Assembly: GCA_046302855.1 (NCBI GenBank)
Contig: JBKCHH010000059.1
Coordinates: forward strand, 1-55,523
Source of the DNA: Alphaproteobacteria bacterium
GTDB taxonomy: Bacteria > Pseudomonadota > Alphaproteobacteria > Rickettsiales > UBA8987
Direction: 5' to 3'
DNA length: 55,523 nucleotides
This document shows positions 27,501 through 37,250 of this stretch, piece by piece (the first letter of the stretch is position 1; every line of letters begins with the position of its first letter). A program made the translations under genes and the position numbers. The notes beneath the pieces are model-generated. The model made no database searches and was not told the origin of the DNA. It was given only the letters and a program-made list of their open reading frames with translations.

Positions 27501-28697
27501 CTAAAGTGCCAACTTCAAATCATCTATTAAATCATCCGCATCTTCTAGCCCTACGGAAAGGCGAAGGAGGTTATCGGTAATGCCCATTTTTTCCCGTTCA
27601 CTTTTTTCTATATTACTATGCGTTGTGGTGGCAGGGTGGGTAATTAGGCTTTTAGAATCACCTAAATTGTTTGAAATATCTATTAGTTTTAAGCGGTTTA
27701 AGAAGGCAAAAACCTCCGCCTCATTCTTAGCTTTAACCGCAAAGGCTATCATATTACTACCCCTTAGCATTTGTTTTTTTGCCAACTTATATTGCGGAAA
27801 AGATTTGTGATGCGGATAGTAAATTTTCTCCACTTTTTTATGATTACCTAAAAATTCCGCTAATTTTTCAGCATTTGTGCAGTGTTTTTCCATTCTTAAA
27901 TCAAAACTCTCTAAACTTTTTAGCACCACCCAAGCATTAAATGGGCTTAGTGCTGGTCCCGTATGGCGAACAAAGGGGAGTATTTTTTCGGTTAAATGCT
28001 TTTCACCACCCAAAATGGCACCACCTAAGGTTTTACCGCCACCATCCATATGTTTAGTGGTGGAATAGACCACAATATCAGCACCAAGTAGTAGGGGCTT
28101 TTGAAGCAAGGGAGTGGCGAAAATATTATCCACAATAAAAATGCAATTATGCTTTTTTGAAAGCCTGCCAACATGTTCAATATCCACCATTTCAAGCGTG
28201 GGGTTAGCTGGCGTTTCGATAAAAATATGAGTGGTGTTTTTTTTGAAAGCCTTTTCCCAAGCCTCATTATCTTTGCCATCAACCAGAGTATATTCAATAC
28301 CAAAGCGGGGTAGAATTTGCGTTATGATATAATAGCAAGAGCCAAACAAAACCTTGTTAGCAAGCAAGTGTTCCCCCGTTTTTATTGTTGCCATTATACT
28401 TGCAAATACGGCACTCATGCCACTTGAGGTTACAATTGCCTTTTCAGCATCTTCAATTAGTGCCAACCTTTCTTCTAGCATGGTAAGGGTGGGGTTTGAA
28501 TATCTGGAATAGACAAAACCTGGTTGTTCGCCATTAAACCTTGCCTTGGCAACATCGGCAGAATCGTAACAGAAGCCTGAATTTAAAAATATCGCTTCTG
28601 AGGTTTCACCAAAATTACTTCTTTTAGTGCCACCACGAATTAGCTTGGTAGCAAGTTTATGCGATTTTTTTATATCCTTGTTTATCATATCACCCAC
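27501..28697 (-). CDS. metZ: O-succinylhomoserine sulfhydrylase / cystathionine gamma-synthase family PLP enzyme
   Basis: Contains YSRYSNPT and the PLP-lysine region YSTTKHMDGGG. 398 aa. The start could instead be the ATG at 28688. Confidence 0.85.
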   Translation of the reverse strand: MGDMINKDIKKSHKLATKLIRGGTKRSNFGETSEAIFLNSGFCYDSADVAKARFNGEQPGFVYSRYSNPTLTMLEERLALIEDAEKAIVTSSGMSAVFASIMATIKTGEHLLANKVLFGSCYYIITQILPRFGIEYTLVDGKDNEAWEKAFKKNTTHIFIETPANPTLEMVDIEHVGRLSKKHNCIFIVDNIFATPLLQKPLLLGADIVVYSTTKHMDGGGKTLGGAILGGEKHLTEKILPFVRHTGPALSPFNAWVVLKSLESFDLRMEKHCTNAEKLAEFLGNHKKVEKIYYPHHKSFPQYKLAKKQMLRGSNMIAFAVKAKNEAEVFAFLNRLKLIDISNNLGDSKSLITHPATTTHSNIEKSEREKMGITDNLLRLSVGLEDADDLIDDLKLAL

Positions 28698-28699
28698 AT

Positions 28700-28727
28700 C
28701 TATAGAAAATTTAATAATTTTCTATAG
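28700..28727. promoter_or_regulatory. Perfect 11-bp inverted repeat CTATAGAAAAT-N6-ATTTTCTATAG between the lipoprotein gene and metZ
   Basis: Read directly from the sequence. It fills most of the 37-nt gap before the metZ start. Confidence 0.4.
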
Positions 28728-28734
28728 GATTTTT

Positions 28735-29340
28735 TTACTCCCAAGGCCAAGCATCTGAACTGTGCGATAAAAAATTAGGCGTGGTTTTATCAAAAAAGCC
28801 ACCCTTGTTTTGAGATTCTAATAAACTATCAGATGGTGGATTAAAAAATCCCCTATCTTCTTTTGCGCCATAGCCAAAAAAGTCTATCGCCCCACTTTGT
28901 GGAATTACTCTTAAGGGTGAAGCGGGGTTTGCCCGCGCTCTTAAATCTTGCTGATTAAATATACCATCGGCTCCAACCTTTTGAGGGGCATCTAAGTTTT
29001 CAGCAGCAAAAGCGCCATGACCTAAATGTCCAGACATCCAGTGCCTACAGTAGTTATAGGAATCACTCCACACTCTACTGTAAGTGCCGTTGCTACTTAA
29101 CTCTTTATCGCGAATAAACTTATATTGCGATTTGTATAAATAGTTACCGTAAGAGGTTATACCAGATGTGCAACCGTGATCATAACCAATGCTGGCAATC
29201 TGTGCTTCAGGGCCAGAAAATTTAGGCTTTTGATCAAGCGGACCGCTAGTAATGTTTCTAGGGTAAATTTTCATCGGCATGGTTTCAGGGTTGCAGGCTG
29301 AAACTATTAACAAAATGGCTATGTAAAAAAGTTTTTTCAT
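28735..29340 (-). CDS. Lipoprotein of unknown function (paralogue of the 29349-29690 gene)
   Basis: Has a lipobox IVSAC. It shares a ~60-aa domain, GYDHGCTSGITSYGNYLYKSQYKF...SYNYCRHW, with the upstream gene. Confidence 0.6.
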   Translation of the reverse strand: MKKLFYIAILLIVSACNPETMPMKIYPRNITSGPLDQKPKFSGPEAQIASIGYDHGCTSGITSYGNYLYKSQYKFIRDKELSSNGTYSRVWSDSYNYCRHWMSGHLGHGAFAAENLDAPQKVGADGIFNQQDLRARANPASPLRVIPQSGAIDFFGYGAKEDRGFFNPPSDSLLESQNKGGFFDKTTPNFLSHSSDAWPWE

Positions 29341-29348
29341 ATGTTTAT

Positions 29349-29690
29349 CTATTCTGCCTCCCTCAATTTAGAAAGTAGGTGATAACGGCAATAGGTGTAA
29401 GATTGCCTCCAAGCATTGTAATAGATTGGGTTTCCAGATAAGTTTTGATCTTGCTTAAACTGATAAATTGCCTTGTAACGCATATTACCATAGGCAGCCA
29501 TACCTGTTTCGCAACCATCTCTCCAGCCCTGTTTATATTCCTCTGGCCCTTCACTTGGTGCATCTGGGATGGTTGCAAGCCTTGGCTTCCATAACTGCGA
29601 AAAGCCAATGTTTTGGTAGGAAGATTTATTTTCCGCACAGCCTGCCAAAAGCAATAATACTAGTAATAGATTAATTTTCATAATTACCAT
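29349..29690 (-). CDS. Lipoprotein of unknown function (paralogue of the 28735-29340 gene)
   Basis: Has a lipobox LLAGC (the start may be the ATG at 29681). Contains GWRDGCETGMAAYGNMRYKAIYQF...SYTYCRYH. Confidence 0.6.
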   Translation of the reverse strand: MVIMKINLLLVLLLLAGCAENKSSYQNIGFSQLWKPRLATIPDAPSEGPEEYKQGWRDGCETGMAAYGNMRYKAIYQFKQDQNLSGNPIYYNAWRQSYTYCRYHLLSKLREAE

Positions 29691-29736
29691 TCTATAGGGG
29701 GATTATTACTTTTTGGTTAATAAATAAAAATACCTC

Positions 29737-29766
29737 TTGTATCTTCTTAATTCCTATATATATAAT
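29737..29766 (+). promoter_or_regulatory. Putative sigma-70 promoter of the porin-sbp operon
   Basis: TTGTAT, an 18-nt spacer, then TATAAT, with the ATG at 29794. Confidence 0.35.
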
Positions 29767-29773
29767 AGGAATT
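29749..29773. promoter_or_regulatory. Perfect 9-bp inverted repeat AATTCCTAT-N7-ATAGGAATT centred on the -10 box
   Basis: Read directly from the sequence. It is a 25-bp dyad overlapping the TATAAT at 29761-29766. Confidence 0.45.
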
Positions 29774-29793
29774 ATTGCCATTAGGGGGGCTTT

Positions 29794-31137
29794 ATGAATA
29801 AACAAACATTAAATACATTACTTTCAGCAACATTTTTAGCTGGCTTTGCATTTTTTCCACAAATTGGAAAAACTGAAAATGTTGGAAGTAGAATAAAAAA
29901 AATTGAGCAGGAGCTTTCGCTTTTAAAAAGGGAAAAAGAAGTTGAGCAAGAAAAAAAGGATGCAAATACCGGAAAATTTGCCAATGTTGAACTTGGTAAA
30001 AAGGGGCTTAAAATTTCATCTGAAGATAAAAAATACGAACTTTCGCTAAATGGCTATTTTCAATTTGATTACAGAAGTTTTCTTGATGATAAAACCGGAA
30101 GGGATGAATTTTTAAGCAGAAGACTTCGTCCTGTTTTGCAGTTTAAAGCAAATGATGCATCTTTTCGCTTAATGCCAGAATTTGCAGGCTCTTCAACAAG
30201 AGTTTTTGATGCACATGCAGATTATAAGTTTTATGATTCTCTGCAACTTAGAATTGGTAAATTTAAGCCGCCGCTTTCATTAGAACGCCTTCAATCTTCC
30301 ACAGATTTGTTCTTTGTAGAGCGTGGACATGCTACTAATTTAGCTCCAAATAGAGATATTGGCTTTCAAATTTATGGTCAGCCAATAGTAGATCAAATAG
30401 AATATCAAATTGGCGTTTTTAACGGCAATGCAGATTTAGCCAATACAGACAGTGATGATGATAATAAAAAAGATATCTTCGCTAGAATTTTTACCCACCC
30501 CTTTAAAGAAGGTAAATATTTGCTTCTTCGCGGGCTTGGTATAGGTATTGCCGCAAGTAAGGGTGAGCGTGAAGGCTCAAGCACTAAGCCTATATTGGGT
30601 GATTATAGAACGCCCGGCCAGCAAGCATTTTTTAAATACAAAACAAATGTGTTTGCCGAAGGGACTCATCAGCGTTTGTATCCTCAAGGCTACTGGTTCT
30701 ATAATAACTTTGGGCTTGTTGCCGAGTATGCTACATCAAAACAAAATGTTAAGCTAGGCAGTTTAACCGATGAATTAAATCATAAAGCTTATAACCTAGA
30801 AGCATCTTATGTGCTAACCGGTGAAGATATAAACTTTAAAGGTGGGGTAAAGCCAGCTAAAGATTTTAATCCAAAAGAAAATGGCTATGGTGCGTTTGAA
30901 GTAGTTGGAAGAGTTGGCGAAACCAAAATAGATAAGAAAAGTTTTGGCACTTTTGCAGATTCTTCAAGCTCTGCTAAAGATGCAAAAAGCTATGGAGGCG
31001 GTGTTAATTGGTACTTAAACGAAAATGTTAAAGTAAGTGCTGATTATGATTTTACTACCTTTGATAAAGGTGCGGCTTTAAATAAGGATAGGCCTGATGA
31101 AAAAGCCATTTTAAGTAGAGTGCAATTTAAATTTTAA
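29794..31137 (+). CDS. Phosphate-selective porin O/P family outer-membrane protein
   Basis: 447 aa with a signal peptide, an N-terminal coiled coil, and beta-barrel-like alternating sequence ending in ...RVQFKF. Confidence 0.8.
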   Translation: MNKQTLNTLLSATFLAGFAFFPQIGKTENVGSRIKKIEQELSLLKREKEVEQEKKDANTGKFANVELGKKGLKISSEDKKYELSLNGYFQFDYRSFLDDKTGRDEFLSRRLRPVLQFKANDASFRLMPEFAGSSTRVFDAHADYKFYDSLQLRIGKFKPPLSLERLQSSTDLFFVERGHATNLAPNRDIGFQIYGQPIVDQIEYQIGVFNGNADLANTDSDDDNKKDIFARIFTHPFKEGKYLLLRGLGIGIAASKGEREGSSTKPILGDYRTPGQQAFFKYKTNVFAEGTHQRLYPQGYWFYNNFGLVAEYATSKQNVKLGSLTDELNHKAYNLEASYVLTGEDINFKGGVKPAKDFNPKENGYGAFEVVGRVGETKIDKKSFGTFADSSSSAKDAKSYGGGVNWYLNENVKVSADYDFTTFDKGAALNKDRPDEKAILSRVQFKF

Positions 31138-31166
31138 CAACTATAACAACAAACAGGTAAACTTTT

Positions 31167-32162
31167 ATGAAAAAACTACTATTACTAACACTATTTATCT
31201 TAAGCTTTGCAAACCAAGGCTTTGCCAAAACTAAAGAGCTTCTTAATGCTTCTTATGATCCAACCCGTGAATTCTACGAAGAATACAACGAAATATTCGC
31301 AAAACACTGGAAGGAAAAAACAGGGGAAGATGTTAAAATTACCCAATCGCACGGTGGCAGCGGAAAGCAGGCAAGAAGCGTTATAGATGGTCTTGATGCA
31401 GATGTTGTAACCCTAGCCCTTAGCTTTGATATTGATAATATTGCATCAAAAAGCAAATTGCTTACCAACGGTTGGCAAGAAAAATTTCCAAATAATTCAA
31501 GCCCTTACACATCTACCATAGTGTTTTTGGTTAAAAAAGGAAACCCAAAAGCAATAAAAGATTGGGATGACTTAACAAAAGAAGGCGTAAGTGTAATTAC
31601 TCCAAACCCAAAAACCTCTGGTGGTGCAAGGTGGAATTACTTAGCAGCTTATGGTTTTGCTTTAAATAAATATAATAAAGATGAAGCAAAGGCGCTAGAT
31701 TTTCTAAAAAGCCTATTTGCCAATGTTCCTCTTCTTGATACTGGGGCAAGGGGCTCAACAACCACTTTCGCTAAACGAAATATTGGTGATGTATTAATTA
31801 CTTGGGAAAATGAGGCTTACTTAACCAAAAAAGAACTTGGGCAAGATAAATTTGAAATAATCTATCCTTCACTTTCTATTTTGGCAGAGCCTCCCGTTGC
31901 AGTTGTTGAAAAAACTGCCAACAAAAAAGGTAACTTAGAAGTTGCTAATGAATATTTGAACTTTCTATATACAAAAGATGTTCAAAGGCTAATTGCAAAG
32001 CACTTTTATAGACCAACCAATAAAGATGTTTTAAAAGAAGTTTCAAGCAAATACCCAACAATAAAACTTTTAACTATTGAAGATTTTGGCGGCTGGAAAC
32101 AAGCACAAAAAAAGCACTTTGATGACGGCGGCAGTTTTGATAAAATTTATTTGAAGAAGTAG
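31167..32162 (+). CDS. sbp: Sulfate/thiosulfate ABC transporter periplasmic binding protein
   Basis: [61 protein letters not shown] closely parallels E. coli Sbp/CysP. Confidence 0.9.
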   Translation: MKKLLLLTLFILSFANQGFAKTKELLNASYDPTREFYEEYNEIFAKHWKEKTGEDVKITQSHGGSGKQARSVIDGLDADVVTLALSFDIDNIASKSKLLTNGWQEKFPNNSSPYTSTIVFLVKKGNPKAIKDWDDLTKEGVSVITPNPKTSGGARWNYLAAYGFALNKYNKDEAKALDFLKSLFANVPLLDTGARGSTTTFAKRNIGDVLITWENEAYLTKKELGQDKFEIIYPSLSILAEPPVAVVEKTANKKGNLEVANEYLNFLYTKDVQRLIAKHFYRPTNKDVLKEVSSKYPTIKLLTIEDFGGWKQAQKKHFDDGGSFDKIYLKK

Positions 32163-32194
32163 ATATTTCTTGACTTTTAGTTTAATTGTGCAAA

Positions 32195-32203
32195 TGCTAT
32201 AAT
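32195..32203 (+). promoter_or_regulatory. Extended -10 promoter element (TGcTATAAT)
   Basis: Lies 24 nt upstream of the ATG at 32227, and the SD AGGGAGG follows it. Confidence 0.3.
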
Positions 32204-32226
32204 TAATAAACCTAGGGAGGGTTTTT

Positions 32227-32607
32227 ATGAAGGCTAATTTAGGTAAAATAGATAGAGCAGTTCGCTTGGTTCTTGCAGTAGTAATTGGAATTTTCGCTTA
32301 TCGCCTTTCAATTGAAGGTGCTATAACAGAAGGGGTTGCCTCGATTTTAGTGGTGGCTTCAGTTGCACTATTTGTAAATGCTTTAACCGCTAGGTGCTTT
32401 GCCTACAAATTACTTGGCATTAATTCTTGTGAAATTAAACACCGTGCTCATCATAGCCACAAGGTTGCACACCTAAAAAAAGAGCCTGCTAAAAAAACTG
32501 TTGCTAAAAAAGTAGCTCCAAAACCAAAAGCTAAACCTAAGGCCAAGCCAAAGGCTGCGCCAAAAGCTAAGGCTAAACCAAAGGCTAAGGCTTCTAAAAA
32601 GAAATAG
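32227..32607 (+). CDS. DUF2892 (YgaP-like) two-helix membrane protein with an Ala/Lys/Pro-rich histone-H1-like tail
   Basis: Contains N-terminal GKIDRAVRLVLAVVIGIFAY and the tail KKVAPKPKAKPKAKPKAAPKAKAKPKAKASKKK. Confidence 0.7.
   Translation: MKANLGKIDRAVRLVLAVVIGIFAYRLSIEGAITEGVASILVVASVALFVNALTARCFAYKLLGINSCEIKHRAHHSHKVAHLKKEPAKKTVAKKVAPKPKAKPKAKPKAAPKAKAKPKAKASKKK
32515..32595 (+). repeat. Degenerate in-frame tandem repeat encoding (A/P)K(A/P)K units
   Basis: Reiterated ccaaaagctaaa/ccaaaggctaag units. Confidence 0.7.
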
Positions 32608-32699
32608 CCCAAAAACTTTAAAGTATCTTCTAAGGGAAAAATTGCAATTTTGTTTAAAAGCATATAGAAGGCTATTAATAATAATTAGTGGCTTAAACT

Positions 32700-33050
32700 A
32701 TGGCTTTTAAGGGTTTAAATAAGGATTTAATTGTTATCTACACCACCTTTCCAAACATTGCAGAGGCGATAAAAACATCAAGACTTCTAGTAGAAAGAAA
32801 GCTAGTTGCCTGTGCCAATATTATTAATGGCAATACCTCTATCTATGAATGGAATGGTGATATTAAGCAAGAAAGTGAAGTAATTTCTCTACTTAAAACC
32901 ACAGTGTATAATTTTGAAAAGGTGCGAGAATTCATAATAAGCAATCATTCTTACGACACACCAATTATCTATTCTTACCGTATGGATGAGGTAGATGGCA
33001 AATTTGCCGATTGGCTAAATGATGCCTTAAATAGCTTTATTCTGCAGTAG
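32700..33050 (+). CDS. cutA: Divalent-cation tolerance protein CutA
   Basis: 116 aa with RKLVACANII...IYEWNG and HSYDTPII. Confidence 0.85.
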   Translation: MAFKGLNKDLIVIYTTFPNIAEAIKTSRLLVERKLVACANIINGNTSIYEWNGDIKQESEVISLLKTTVYNFEKVREFIISNHSYDTPIIYSYRMDEVDGKFADWLNDALNSFILQ

Positions 33051-33152
33051 GGTTTTGGGTGATTTTTTGAAATAAAAATTCAAAACAACTAATGACTTAT
33101 TATTTTAGTTATTTATATTATCCGCCTTACGAAAGGCTAATTAAAAGCTAAT

Positions 33153-35075
33153 ATGCAAATACAAATAACCCTAAAAGATGGTAGTGTAAAAAATTATCCC
33201 AAAGGTATTACGGGGCTGGATATTGCTCAAAGCATTAGTCCGTCGCTGGCGAAAAGGGTGGTTGTGGTAAAGGTGGATGATAGGGAAATTGATAGCTATA
33301 TTCCAATTCAGGAAGATGCTAAAATAGAGCTTGTTACAATAGGCACTAAAGAGGGCTTAGAGGTGTTGCGGCACGATATGGCGCATATTCTGGCGGATGC
33401 GGTGAAAGAGCTTTATCCAGAAACGCAAGTTACCATTGGCCCCAATATTGAAGATGGCTTTTATTATGATTTTTATCGCGAACAATCTTTTACTCCTGAT
33501 GATTTGCCCAAAATTGAAGCCAAAATGCAAGGCATCATCGCCAAAAATACTTCCATTCAAAGGCAGGTGTGGCAAAGAAAACAGGCTATAGAATACTTTA
33601 AAAGCATCGGTGAAGATTTTAAAGCACAAATTATTCAAGATTTGCCTTTAGGCGAAGATATATCTGTTTATAAACAGGGTGAATTTATAGACCTGTGTCG
33701 CGGGCCACACTCGCCAAGAACTGGCACTTGGGTAAATGCTGGCTTTAAGCTAACCAAAATTGCTGGAAGCTACTGGCGGGGTGATCAAAATAACGCAAAA
33801 CTGCAACGCATTTACGGCACGGCTTGGGCTACAAAAAAAGAGCTGGAAGACTATTTAAATTTACTTGAAGAGGCAAAAAAGAGGGATCATAGATTACTAG
33901 GGCAACAGTTAAATTTATTCCACATGCAAGAAGAAGCGGTGGGTCAAGTTTTCTGGCACGCTTCGGGGTGGTTTTTATATAGAACTTTAGAAAATTATAT
34001 TCGTGAAAAACTTATTCAAAACAATTACATAGAGGTAAAAACTCCGCAAATTGTAGATAGAGTTTTGTGGGAAAAATCTGGCCACTGGGAAAAGTTTGGG
34101 CATAATATGTTCTCAGTTGAATCAGAGGGCAAAACTCTTGCCATAAAGCCCATGAACTGCCCTTGCCACATTCAAATTTTTAACCAAAAAACCGTTTCTT
34201 ACAAACAGCTTCCCATTCGCATGGCAGAATTTGGTTCTTGCCATAGGAATGAGCCTTCAGGTTCTCTGCATGGGCTTATGAGGGTAAGGGCTTTTACGCA
34301 AGATGATGCGCATATCTTTTGCACAGAAGATCAAATTTTTGATGAAACCAAAAATTTCTGTAAGTTACTTTATGAAGTTTATAGTGAGCTTGGATTTAAT
34401 AAAATTGCGGTAAAAATTTCACTGCGTCCAGAAAAAAGGGCAGGGGACGATGCAACTTGGGATAAAGCAGAAGAATCTTTAAAACAGGCAACAACAGCGG
34501 CTGGCTTAGAGTATGAGTTATTAGAGGGCGAGGGTGCATTTTACGGCCCTAAACTTGAATTTCACCTAACAGATGTTTTGGGGCGAACTTGGCAGTGCGG
34601 AACGCTTCAGCTAGATTTTGTTTTGCCACAAAGGCTGGAAGCTAATTATATAGGGGCGGATAATAAAAAACATCATCCAGTAATACTGCACCGTGCAATA
34701 CTAGGTTCACTTGAAAGGTTTATTGGTATTTTAATTGAACATTATGCTGGCAAATTTCCCTTATGGCTTGCTCCAGTGCAAATTGCTATTTTAACGGTAA
34801 CCAATGCGGTGGATGATTTTGCTTTTGCTTTAGAAAAAACCCTTAAGAATGAAGGCTTTAGAGTAGTATTAGATAATTCGCATGAAAAAATTTCTTATAA
34901 GGTGCGGGAATATTCTTTGCAAAAAATTCCTTATCTATTTGTAATTGGTGAAAAAGAGGCCGCTGAAAACAGCGTAACCATTCGCAAAATTGGCTCTAAT
35001 GAGCAGAAGAAATACGCGGTGGCTGAAATTATAGATTTACTAAAAGACGAAGTCGCTAGCAAGGTTGTTTTGTAA
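33153..35075 (+). CDS. thrS: Threonine--tRNA ligase
   Basis: 640 aa with a TGS domain, [10 protein letters not shown], and [26 protein letters not shown]. Confidence 0.95.
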   Translation: MQIQITLKDGSVKNYPKGITGLDIAQSISPSLAKRVVVVKVDDREIDSYIPIQEDAKIELVTIGTKEGLEVLRHDMAHILADAVKELYPETQVTIGPNIEDGFYYDFYREQSFTPDDLPKIEAKMQGIIAKNTSIQRQVWQRKQAIEYFKSIGEDFKAQIIQDLPLGEDISVYKQGEFIDLCRGPHSPRTGTWVNAGFKLTKIAGSYWRGDQNNAKLQRIYGTAWATKKELEDYLNLLEEAKKRDHRLLGQQLNLFHMQEEAVGQVFWHASGWFLYRTLENYIREKLIQNNYIEVKTPQIVDRVLWEKSGHWEKFGHNMFSVESEGKTLAIKPMNCPCHIQIFNQKTVSYKQLPIRMAEFGSCHRNEPSGSLHGLMRVRAFTQDDAHIFCTEDQIFDETKNFCKLLYEVYSELGFNKIAVKISLRPEKRAGDDATWDKAEESLKQATTAAGLEYELLEGEGAFYGPKLEFHLTDVLGRTWQCGTLQLDFVLPQRLEANYIGADNKKHHPVILHRAILGSLERFIGILIEHYAGKFPLWLAPVQIAILTVTNAVDDFAFALEKTLKNEGFRVVLDNSHEKISYKVREYSLQKIPYLFVIGEKEAAENSVTIRKIGSNEQKKYAVAEIIDLLKDEVASKVVL

Positions 35076-35163
35076 TCATATTCTTTATTAGATTAATTCT
35101 TGACTGAAAGCTAAAATTTCATTAGCAAGCACCTCTTATTTTATAAGTTGCTTTAATACTTAT

Positions 35164-35239
35164 GGTCGGATAGCTCAGTTGGTAGAGCAAAGGACTGAAA
35201 ATCCTTGTGTCGGCAGTTCAATTCTGCCTCCGACCACCA
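35164..35239 (+). tRNA. tRNA-Phe (anticodon GAA), CCA encoded
   Basis: Acceptor GGTCGGA/TCCGACC, anticodon loop cTGAAAa, 76 nt. Confidence 0.92.
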
Positions 35240-35333
35240 TCTTTTTGCTCAAAAAGACCTGTGCCTAATAATGTTAGGATGTTTTCTTAAAATTTTGTGT
35301 TTTATACTTGGCTTAGTTGTACCTAACTAAAAG

Positions 35334-35419
35334 TGGTGTTTGGAGAAGGATTTGAACCTTCGAACTCTTACGAGAACAGATTTACAGTCTGTCGCCTTTG
35401 ACCGCTCGGCAATCCAACC
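35334..35419 (-). tRNA. tRNA-Tyr (anticodon GUA), long variable arm, CCA encoded
   Basis: In the reverse complement: anticodon stem ACAGA/TCTGT, loop cTGTAAa, variable arm CTC-gtaa-GAG, T-arm GAAGG-ttcaaat-CCTTC. There is one G:A mismatch at position 2:71 of the acceptor stem. Confidence 0.85.
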
Positions 35420-35564
35420 TAATTGATTTCCTACAATAAAATTATAGTGGAAACGGCTTTTAAAACATTAATTGTTTTTTGCAAGATAAGTTATGCGCCT
35501 TAGGAGATTTTAAATATTTCCTATTTTAGAAAAAACCCTTATAATAGCCAAAAAATATGCAATT

Positions 35565-37196
35565 ATGACTGGTGAATGTAAATTTATATTTATAACTGGC
35601 GGGGTAGTATCTTCTCTTGGAAAGGGCTTGGCTTCAGCTAGCCTTGCTGCTTTATTGCAGGCAAGGGGTTATAAGGTAAAGATTAGAAAGCTAGACCCAT
35701 ATTTAAATGTTGACCCAGGCACCATGAACCCCATTCAACATGGCGAGGTTTTTGTTACAGATGATGGCACCGAAACAGATCTAGACCTAGGGCATTATGA
35801 AAGGCTAACCGAAGTGCAATCAGGCCGATTAGACAATGTTACCGCTGGCAAAATCTATTCTGAACTACTTAGAAAAGAAAGAAAGGGAGATTATCTTGGT
35901 GCAACTGTGCAGGTTATTCCCCATGTTACTAATTTAATTAAAGAATTTATAAAGAATGATACGGCAGGCTTAGATTTTTTAATCTGTGAAATTGGTGGCA
36001 CTATTGGCGATATTGAAGGCCTGCCTTTTTATGAGGCAGCAAGGCAACTTTCTTATGATTTGGGGTTAAATAAAAATGGGAATAAAAGAACCATATTTAT
36101 ACATCTAACCCTAATTCCTTATATAAAAACGGCTAAAGAGTTAAAAACCAAACCAACGCAACATTCCGTTAAGGAGCTTAGAACCATTGGTATTCAGCCA
36201 GATATTTTGCTTTGCAGAAGTGAATATAATATTCCGCAGTTAGAGAGGGAAAAAATTGCCCTTTTTTGTAATGTAAACAAGGCATCCGTCATTCAAGCAA
36301 TAGACCAAAATTCAATTTATGAAGTGCCACTCCGTTTAAGTGAGGAGGGTTTGGATGAGAGGGTTTTGGCCGAATTTAATATTTCTAGCTCTCAAAAACC
36401 AAACTTGAGCAAATGGCTAGATATTAATGAAAAGGTAAAGAATCTAAAGAAAAAGGTTACGGTCGCCATTGTTGGCAAGTATGTTTCTTTATCAGATGCT
36501 TATAAATCTTTACTAGAGGCCATAGATCACGCAGGCATTAACAATAATACAAGGGTAGAAATAAAATGGGTTAATTCCAAAACCTTGAATCAAGAAAATG
36601 TGGCAACAAAACTAGCGGATATTGATGGGATAATAGTTCCGGGGGGCTTTGGTGAAAGTGGGGTGGAGGGCAAAATATTTGCCACCCAATATGCAAGGGA
36701 GAAAAAAATTCCCTATCTTGGCATTTGCTTTGGTATGCAGCTAGCCGTTATTGAATTTGCTAGAAATGTTGTTGGCATTAAAGATGCTACCTCAGCTGAA
36801 TTTGGTGAGGCAGAAAACCCCATAGTTGGCTTAATGCAACAATGGTTTTCTAAGGATGGGTTAAATATTCGGGTAAAGAATAATGATTTGGGTGGCTCTA
36901 TGCGTCTTGGTGGCTATGAATGTGTGCTTAAAAAAGGTAGTAAAATTGCAAAAATCTATGGCAAAAGTGAAATAAGGGAAAGGCATCGCCACCGCTATGA
37001 GGTAAATATTAATTATAAAGATAGATTAGAGGCCAAAGGAATGATATTTTCTGGCCTATCACCCGATGGTAAGTTGCCAGAAGTAATAGAGCTAAAAGAC
37101 CATCCTTGGTTTATTGGCGTGCAGTTTCACCCAGAATTTACCTCAACCCCATTTAACCCAAGCCCGCTATTTAACGACTTTGTAAAACATCTTTAA
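35565..37196 (+). CDS. pyrG: CTP synthase
   Basis: Contains [10 protein letters not shown], the GATase nucleophile GICFGMQ, and HRHRYEVN. Confidence 0.95.
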   Translation: MTGECKFIFITGGVVSSLGKGLASASLAALLQARGYKVKIRKLDPYLNVDPGTMNPIQHGEVFVTDDGTETDLDLGHYERLTEVQSGRLDNVTAGKIYSELLRKERKGDYLGATVQVIPHVTNLIKEFIKNDTAGLDFLICEIGGTIGDIEGLPFYEAARQLSYDLGLNKNGNKRTIFIHLTLIPYIKTAKELKTKPTQHSVKELRTIGIQPDILLCRSEYNIPQLEREKIALFCNVNKASVIQAIDQNSIYEVPLRLSEEGLDERVLAEFNISSSQKPNLSKWLDINEKVKNLKKKVTVAIVGKYVSLSDAYKSLLEAIDHAGINNNTRVEIKWVNSKTLNQENVATKLADIDGIIVPGGFGESGVEGKIFATQYAREKKIPYLGICFGMQLAVIEFARNVVGIKDATSAEFGEAENPIVGLMQQWFSKDGLNIRVKNNDLGGSMRLGGYECVLKKGSKIAKIYGKSEIRERHRHRYEVNINYKDRLEAKGMIFSGLSPDGKLPEVIELKDHPWFIGVQFHPEFTSTPFNPSPLFNDFVKHL

Positions 37197-37250
37197 AAAT
37201 TAACTATATTGAAACCTTTGCCATTTAAACTATATCTATAACAAAATAAT

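Noticed and set aside
33120-33152. The hairpin GCCTT-acga-AAGGC about 25 nt upstream of thrS, considered as a tRNA-Thr-anticodon-mimic operator.
   Set aside because: The loop is a tetraloop containing ACG, which is the codon and not the CGU/UGU anticodon. It has no resemblance to the E. coli thrS operator architecture.
35098-35126. The recurrent ATTTCTTGAC motif (6338, 32163, 35093), considered as a shared strong -35 element.
   Set aside because: Only the 6344 copy has a reasonable -10 at 17-nt spacing. The other two lack a matching -10 at that distance, so I did not call them as promoters.
35240-35333. The sequence aaagacctgtgcctaat between tRNA-Phe and tRNA-Tyr, considered as a degenerate family-B element end.
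   Set aside because: Only about 17 nt match the B terminus, and the rest does not align. It may be a relic, but the sequence alone does not support that.
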